A DNA stretch of 64,000 nucleotides from a bacterium. GTDB taxonomy: Bacteria > Patescibacteriota > Dojkabacteria > SC72 > WJKH01. This document shows positions 60,581 to 64,000 of this stretch, piece after piece. Below the pieces are notes generated by a model that had not been told where the DNA came from, made no database searches, and saw only the letters and a list, made by a program, of their open reading frames with translations. Made by a program: the position numbers and the translations under genes. Within the stretch, counting starts at the first letter, position 1, and every line of letters begins with the position of its first letter. The stretch spans positions 42,796 through 106,795 of the forward strand of contig JAKPPS010000040.1 of NCBI GenBank assembly GCA_029547225.1. The letters are read 5' to 3'.

Positions 60581-61360
60581 TCAATAATAAAGGATAAAAT
60601 AACCCGCAACTGTAAGCAACCATATTATACCAACCGGCACAATTACCCTTTGAAAAGGAAATCTCGCCTTACCACCATTATTTCTTTTAATCTGAGCATC
60701 AAGAAGATAACCAGAAACAAAGCCTAACATTCCAAATGCTGGTCCGATCAATAATTTATCAATACCCCATAAAACATGATCGAAATGGAAGTTGATGTAA
60801 TCTAATGAATATAGCGGATAAATAACAGAGCCTATTGTTATCAAAGCTATTAACACGAGTCTTAATTTTCCTAGCTTTTCTAACCAACCTTTTTTTGCGA
60901 ACCACTCTTCAGTAAGCATTGTGATGGCTACCAACATTGCGCCAAGCCACAAACCTGTAATCAAGTCATCAATACCAAGAAATTTTGCCAATCCCAATCC
61001 CGCGGCAACTCCACCTACACATACTGGACATATTGCATAGGCTGAGGTGGGAACAAATAATGTTGCTGCAGAAATAATTGTTGGTAAACTTATTAATGCT
61101 GAAATAATACTTAATGCTTTCTTTGATGATTTGTTCTTTTTTGAATCCTTTTTTCTATTAATATTACTCGATTTACTACTCCCATTATCATGACAATCTG
61201 TTTCCTTATCGTTTAATTCACTATCCAATTTGTCTGTCGTTTTATCATTATTCTTAGTCAATATCTTACCTATAGCAAAAAGCAAGATTAACAGTATAAA
61301 AATTACAACTATCAAAATCTCTGTATTCGTTTTTCCCTTAAGAAATATCTCTTCCATCAA
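60581..61360 (-). CDS. Hypothetical membrane protein with 'CPVC' motif
   Basis: N-terminal TM, Lys/Ser-rich linker, then 4-5 TMs including 'AICPVCVGGVAAGLGLAKFLGI'. Confidence 0.35.
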   Translation of the reverse strand: MMEEIFLKGKTNTEILIVVIFILLILLFAIGKILTKNNDKTTDKLDSELNDKETDCHDNGSSKSSNINRKKDSKKNKSSKKALSIISALISLPTIISAATLFVPTSAYAICPVCVGGVAAGLGLAKFLGIDDLITGLWLGAMLVAITMLTEEWFAKKGWLEKLGKLRLVLIALITIGSVIYPLYSLDYINFHFDHVLWGIDKLLIGPAFGMLGFVSGYLLDAQIKRNNGGKARFPFQRVIVPVGIIWLLTVAGYFILYY

Positions 61361-61672
61361 TTCATTGTTAACAATTTATTACTGATCTAGAATCAACATA
61401 CTTTTTTGTTAATCTAGTAATACTAATTATCTTTTTCAGCGGCCTCGGAATTTTTTTTATTCATTACGAGACTATCCTTTCAACGAATTCTTACCGAGTA
61501 AATTAAGTATAACATTTTTATTGAACTGAAATCAATTAATAAGATTAAATAATTAGCATACAAATTGTGATTACATTATTCTTTTCAAATTGAGGAATAT
61601 CTGATAGAATCCGAAGCAGAAGAGTTTGTTAAACAAATTCTAGGTCCAATCTAAATTATTAAATAAAATAAA

Positions 61673-62269
61673 GTGAAGCTATTTTCAAAATTATTTGCAA
61701 TATTTATTATATGTTTTTTGTTTATCTTTGCTACTTACTTAGTCATGAAAGAATACATGCATATTGATTTGGTAAAATTAATTATTGGTGATAGAAAAAC
61801 AAATACAAATCAGGTTGATGACAATTCAGAAGTCGAAGATGTTGATGTAAGTCGATCTTCATCATCGCAAGAGACAAAAATCACAGTATCTATGCCCGAT
61901 GGATGGGAGAAAAACGAAAGCTCAGTTCTTGAACATCAATATATGAAGGGTACTTCATCTTTCATGTTAAAATCTGAACCTTTTGAAGGTACTGATCTTT
62001 ATGATATCGTCGATCAGGCAAAAGAAATCTACAGCGATACTTTTGATAATGTAACCTACATCGGATCTACAAAAGATATTGAAATAAATGGGAATCCAGC
62101 AAAAACAATAGTATTCACAGCAGATATAGCAGGATTAGAAATGAAATACATGTATGCTTATACTATCATTAATGGTGAAGTCTATGTAGCAACATTTGGT
62201 GATCTTGCATCTACATTTGATTCACTTCAAAGTGATTACGATGCAATTCTTGCCAGTATAGAATACTAA
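61673..62269 (+). CDS. Hypothetical secreted/membrane-anchored protein
   Basis: N-terminal anchor 'FAIFIICFLFIFATYLV', then a roughly 150-aa beta-rich ectodomain. No motif. Confidence 0.35.
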   Translation: MKLFSKLFAIFIICFLFIFATYLVMKEYMHIDLVKLIIGDRKTNTNQVDDNSEVEDVDVSRSSSSQETKITVSMPDGWEKNESSVLEHQYMKGTSSFMLKSEPFEGTDLYDIVDQAKEIYSDTFDNVTYIGSTKDIEINGNPAKTIVFTADIAGLEMKYMYAYTIINGEVYVATFGDLASTFDSLQSDYDAILASIEY

Positions 62270-62510
62270 TTACAGTTAAGTGCTTACAAATTATCATTTA
62301 TTTGTAATAGTTTTTGATGATCTTCCCAATAACATCCAGCACAGAACTACCACATAAATTGAACACACAAAAGTACTCTTTGTATTTTGCCCATCAATAA
62401 GATATTTGTTAGCGTTTTTGCAATAGCTTATATTACCAACATAAACAGATATTTTCGCCGATAATAAGGGATAACTTGACATTTTACTCACTTAAATATA
62501 CATTATTCTA

Positions 62511-64000
62511 ATGGAACCAAAGCGCCCCGATTTGCTATACAAATCTATTATTGTCGTTTTGTGTTTATTGTCAATTGGTTTTTCGATTTATTTATATATA
62601 ACACTTCGTAAAATCAGTCCAATAATACAAGCTTCAAGAAGTTCAATACAAGATACTCTTTCTTCAATACAAATTCAGGATAGCTCTGGCAATTACACAA
62701 TTATTTCTCCCAAGGTCGTAATAAATGATATTGTTTCTGCACTTAAAAATGATCCTGCCTTTATTAATTCAATAGCTGGTTTACAAGGTGAGAAGGGTGA
62801 GAAGGGCGACACAGGAGAAACAGGCGCGACAGGTGCACAGGGATTGCAAGGCATACAAGGAGAAAAAGGCCAAGACGGATCCTCTACAGGTATACCAGGT
62901 CCTGCTGGTGCAGATGGTCTTGATGGAGTTGATGGATCGGATGGACTCAGTGCTTACGATATTGCCGTTGCTGAAGGCTATTCGGGTACTGTTGCTGAAT
63001 GGTTAGCTTCATTAATCGGACCACAAGGACCTGCAGGCGCTGATGGTATAAATGGAACTAATGGTCTTGATGGAATAGATGGATCGGATGGACTCAGTGC
63101 TTACGATATTGCCGTTGCTGAAGGCTATTCGGGTACTGTTGCTGAATGGTTAGCTTCATTAATCGGACCACAAGGACCTCAGGGGCTACAAGGTTTGCAG
63201 GGATTACAGGGAATTCAGGGAGAAGTTGGTCCTCAAGGGATTCAAGGTGAAACCGGACTACAAGGGCCCGCAGGTGCTGATGGTATTAACGGAGTTGATG
63301 GGTCAGATGGTCTTAGTGCATATGAAGTGGCTGTCGCACAGGGATATTCGGGTACTGTTGCTGAATGGTTAGCTTCATTGATAGGTCCACAAGGACCTCA
63401 GGGGCTACAAGGATTACAGGGAATTCAGGGAGAAGTTGGTCCTCAAGGCATACAGGGTGAAACAGGTGCTACTGGCCCTCAAGGACCACAGGGCGAACAG
63501 GGTTTACAAGGATTACAAGGAATACAGGGTGAAACCGGACTACAAGGGCCCGCAGGTGCTGATGGTATTAACGGAGTTGATGGGTCAGATGGTCTTAGTG
63601 CATATGAAGTGGCTGTCGCACAGGGATATTCGGGTACTGTTACTGACTGGTTAGCTTCGTTAATCGGTCCACAAGGACCTCAGGGAGAGCAAGGATTACA
63701 AGGAATACAGGGTGAAACTGGTGCTACCGGTCCAGCAGGTGATCCACTTGGCGGGTTGACTGATCCGGGTGCCGATAGAATTATGTTTTGGGATGAAAGC
63801 GCGAATGCTCCAGTCTGGTTATCATTAGGAGGTAATCTTGCAATAACAGAGACAACTTTAGATGCAATAATACCTGCCGATAGTTATGTTACTGGAGTTG
63901 CTTTTACCGGTACAAGCACAAAAACTTTAACAGTAACAAGAAGTAACAGCTTACCAGATCTGACTGCAACATTTGATGATATTGGTTTTGCAAATCCAAT
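62511..64000 (+). CDS. Membrane-anchored collagen-like (Gly-X-Y) repeat protein with phage-tail-fibre-type 'GSDGLSAY(D/E)(I/V)AVA(E/Q)GYSGTV(A/T)(E/D)WLASLIGPQGP' interruptions; 3' end beyond the window
   Basis: I translated it by hand from the ATG at 62511 (frame 0). The frame stays open to the window end, and it is absent from the ORF track because no stop lies inside the window. N-terminal TM 'SIIVVLCLLSIGFSIYLYI', then 'GLQGEKGEKGDTGETGATGAQGLQGIQGEKGQDG...' and four collagen/interruption modules, then a non-collagenous C-terminal region ('..LTDPGADRIMFWDES..'). Confidence 0.8.
   Translation, partial: MEPKRPDLLYKSIIVVLCLLSIGFSIYLYITLRKISPIIQASRSSIQDTLSSIQIQDSSGNYTIISPKVVINDIVSALKNDPAFINSIAGLQGEKGEKGDTGETGATGAQGLQGIQGEKGQDGSSTGIPGPAGADGLDGVDGSDGLSAYDIAVAEGYSGTVAEWLASLIGPQGPAGADGINGTNGLDGIDGSDGLSAYDIAVAEGYSGTVAEWLASLIGPQGPQGLQGLQGLQGIQGEVGPQGIQGETGLQGPAGADGINGVDGSDGLSAYEVAVAQGYSGTVAEWLASLIGPQGPQGLQGLQGIQGEVGPQGIQGETGATGPQGPQGEQGLQGLQGIQGETGLQGPAGADGINGVDGSDGLSAYEVAVAQGYSGTVTDWLASLIGPQGPQGEQGLQGIQGETGATGPAGDPLGGLTDPGADRIMFWDESANAPVWLSLGGNLAITETTLDAIIPADSYVTGVAFTGTSTKTLTVTRSNSLPDLTATFDDIGFANP
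62916..63683 (+). repeat. Nested near-perfect tandem DNA repeats inside the collagen-like gene (modules of ~147 bp, ~219 bp and ~282 bp)
   Basis: 62916-63032 is nearly identical to 63063-63179, with a 147-bp period. The block starting at 63177 ('cctcaggggctacaagg...') recurs at 63396. 63246-63360 recurs at 63528-63643. I compared these by eye. Confidence 0.8.

Noticed and set aside
62294-62491. 65-aa minus-strand ORF in the leader of the collagen-like gene
   Set aside because: It is antisense to the likely promoter/5' region, has no motif, and has a Cys/Tyr-rich odd composition.
62788-63006. 72-aa ORF 'MRRVRRATQEK...' inside the collagen-repeat region, and a similar one at 63436-63654
   Set aside because: They lie in a different frame from the long Gly-X-Y reading frame that runs from 62511 to the window end. 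They are the Arg/Gln-rich off-frame reading of GGN repeats and are repeated only because the DNA is repeated.
1-64000. CRISPR array or rRNA genes
   Set aside because: Outside the collagen-like gene I found no regularly spaced short direct repeats, and no stretch resembling conserved 16S/23S/5S segments.

Overview
This window is a visibly AT-rich bacterial sequence with standard genetic code. Bacterial-type SerRS, RecG, MiaA and Rel are present, and conserved genes read through without in-frame stops. The gene content points to a small-genome Patescibacteria/CPR-like organism: form III-like RuBisCO, an array of TrbC/VirB2-like pilins, a short Rel, and a UvrD-helicase fused to a nuclease. Layout by position: (1) 1-9.7 kb, translation/tRNA-modification and stress housekeeping (miaA, thpR, serS, SpoU-type tRNA methyltransferase, recG, a short rel). 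(2) 9.8-21.6 kb, cell-envelope and DNA-processing genes: a coiled-coil SpoIID/LytB protein, four tandem TrbC/VirB2-like pilin paralogs translationally coupled to a 1069-aa UvrD-like helicase fused to a PD-(D/E)xK/Cas4-like nuclease, and a 1160-aa secreted M23 peptidase. (3) 21.7-53.1 kb, a roughly 31-kb surface-glycan biosynthesis island. It holds many GT2 and GT-B glycosyltransferases, two separate ABC-2 (Wzm/Wzt-type) exporters, a Wzx-like flippase, a GtrB-like polyprenyl-phosphate glycosyltransferase next to a GT-C-like polytopic protein, wecB, gmd, fcl, a SAM-methyltransferase and one frameshifted CgeB-like glycosyltransferase. (4) 53.5-64 kb: an isolated rhuM-family gene between long non-coding flanks, a bactofilin-like beta-helix membrane protein, an archaeal-type (form III or II/III) RuBisCO large subunit with a 24-bp perfect palindrome in its divergent promoter region, an M14 carboxypeptidase, and several hypotheticals. 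The window ends in a partial collagen-like (Gly-X-Y) gene carrying phage-tail-fibre-type 'SAY..AV..GYSGTVAEWLASL' interruptions, built from nested near-perfect tandem DNA repeats. I found no rRNA, tRNA or CRISPR array.
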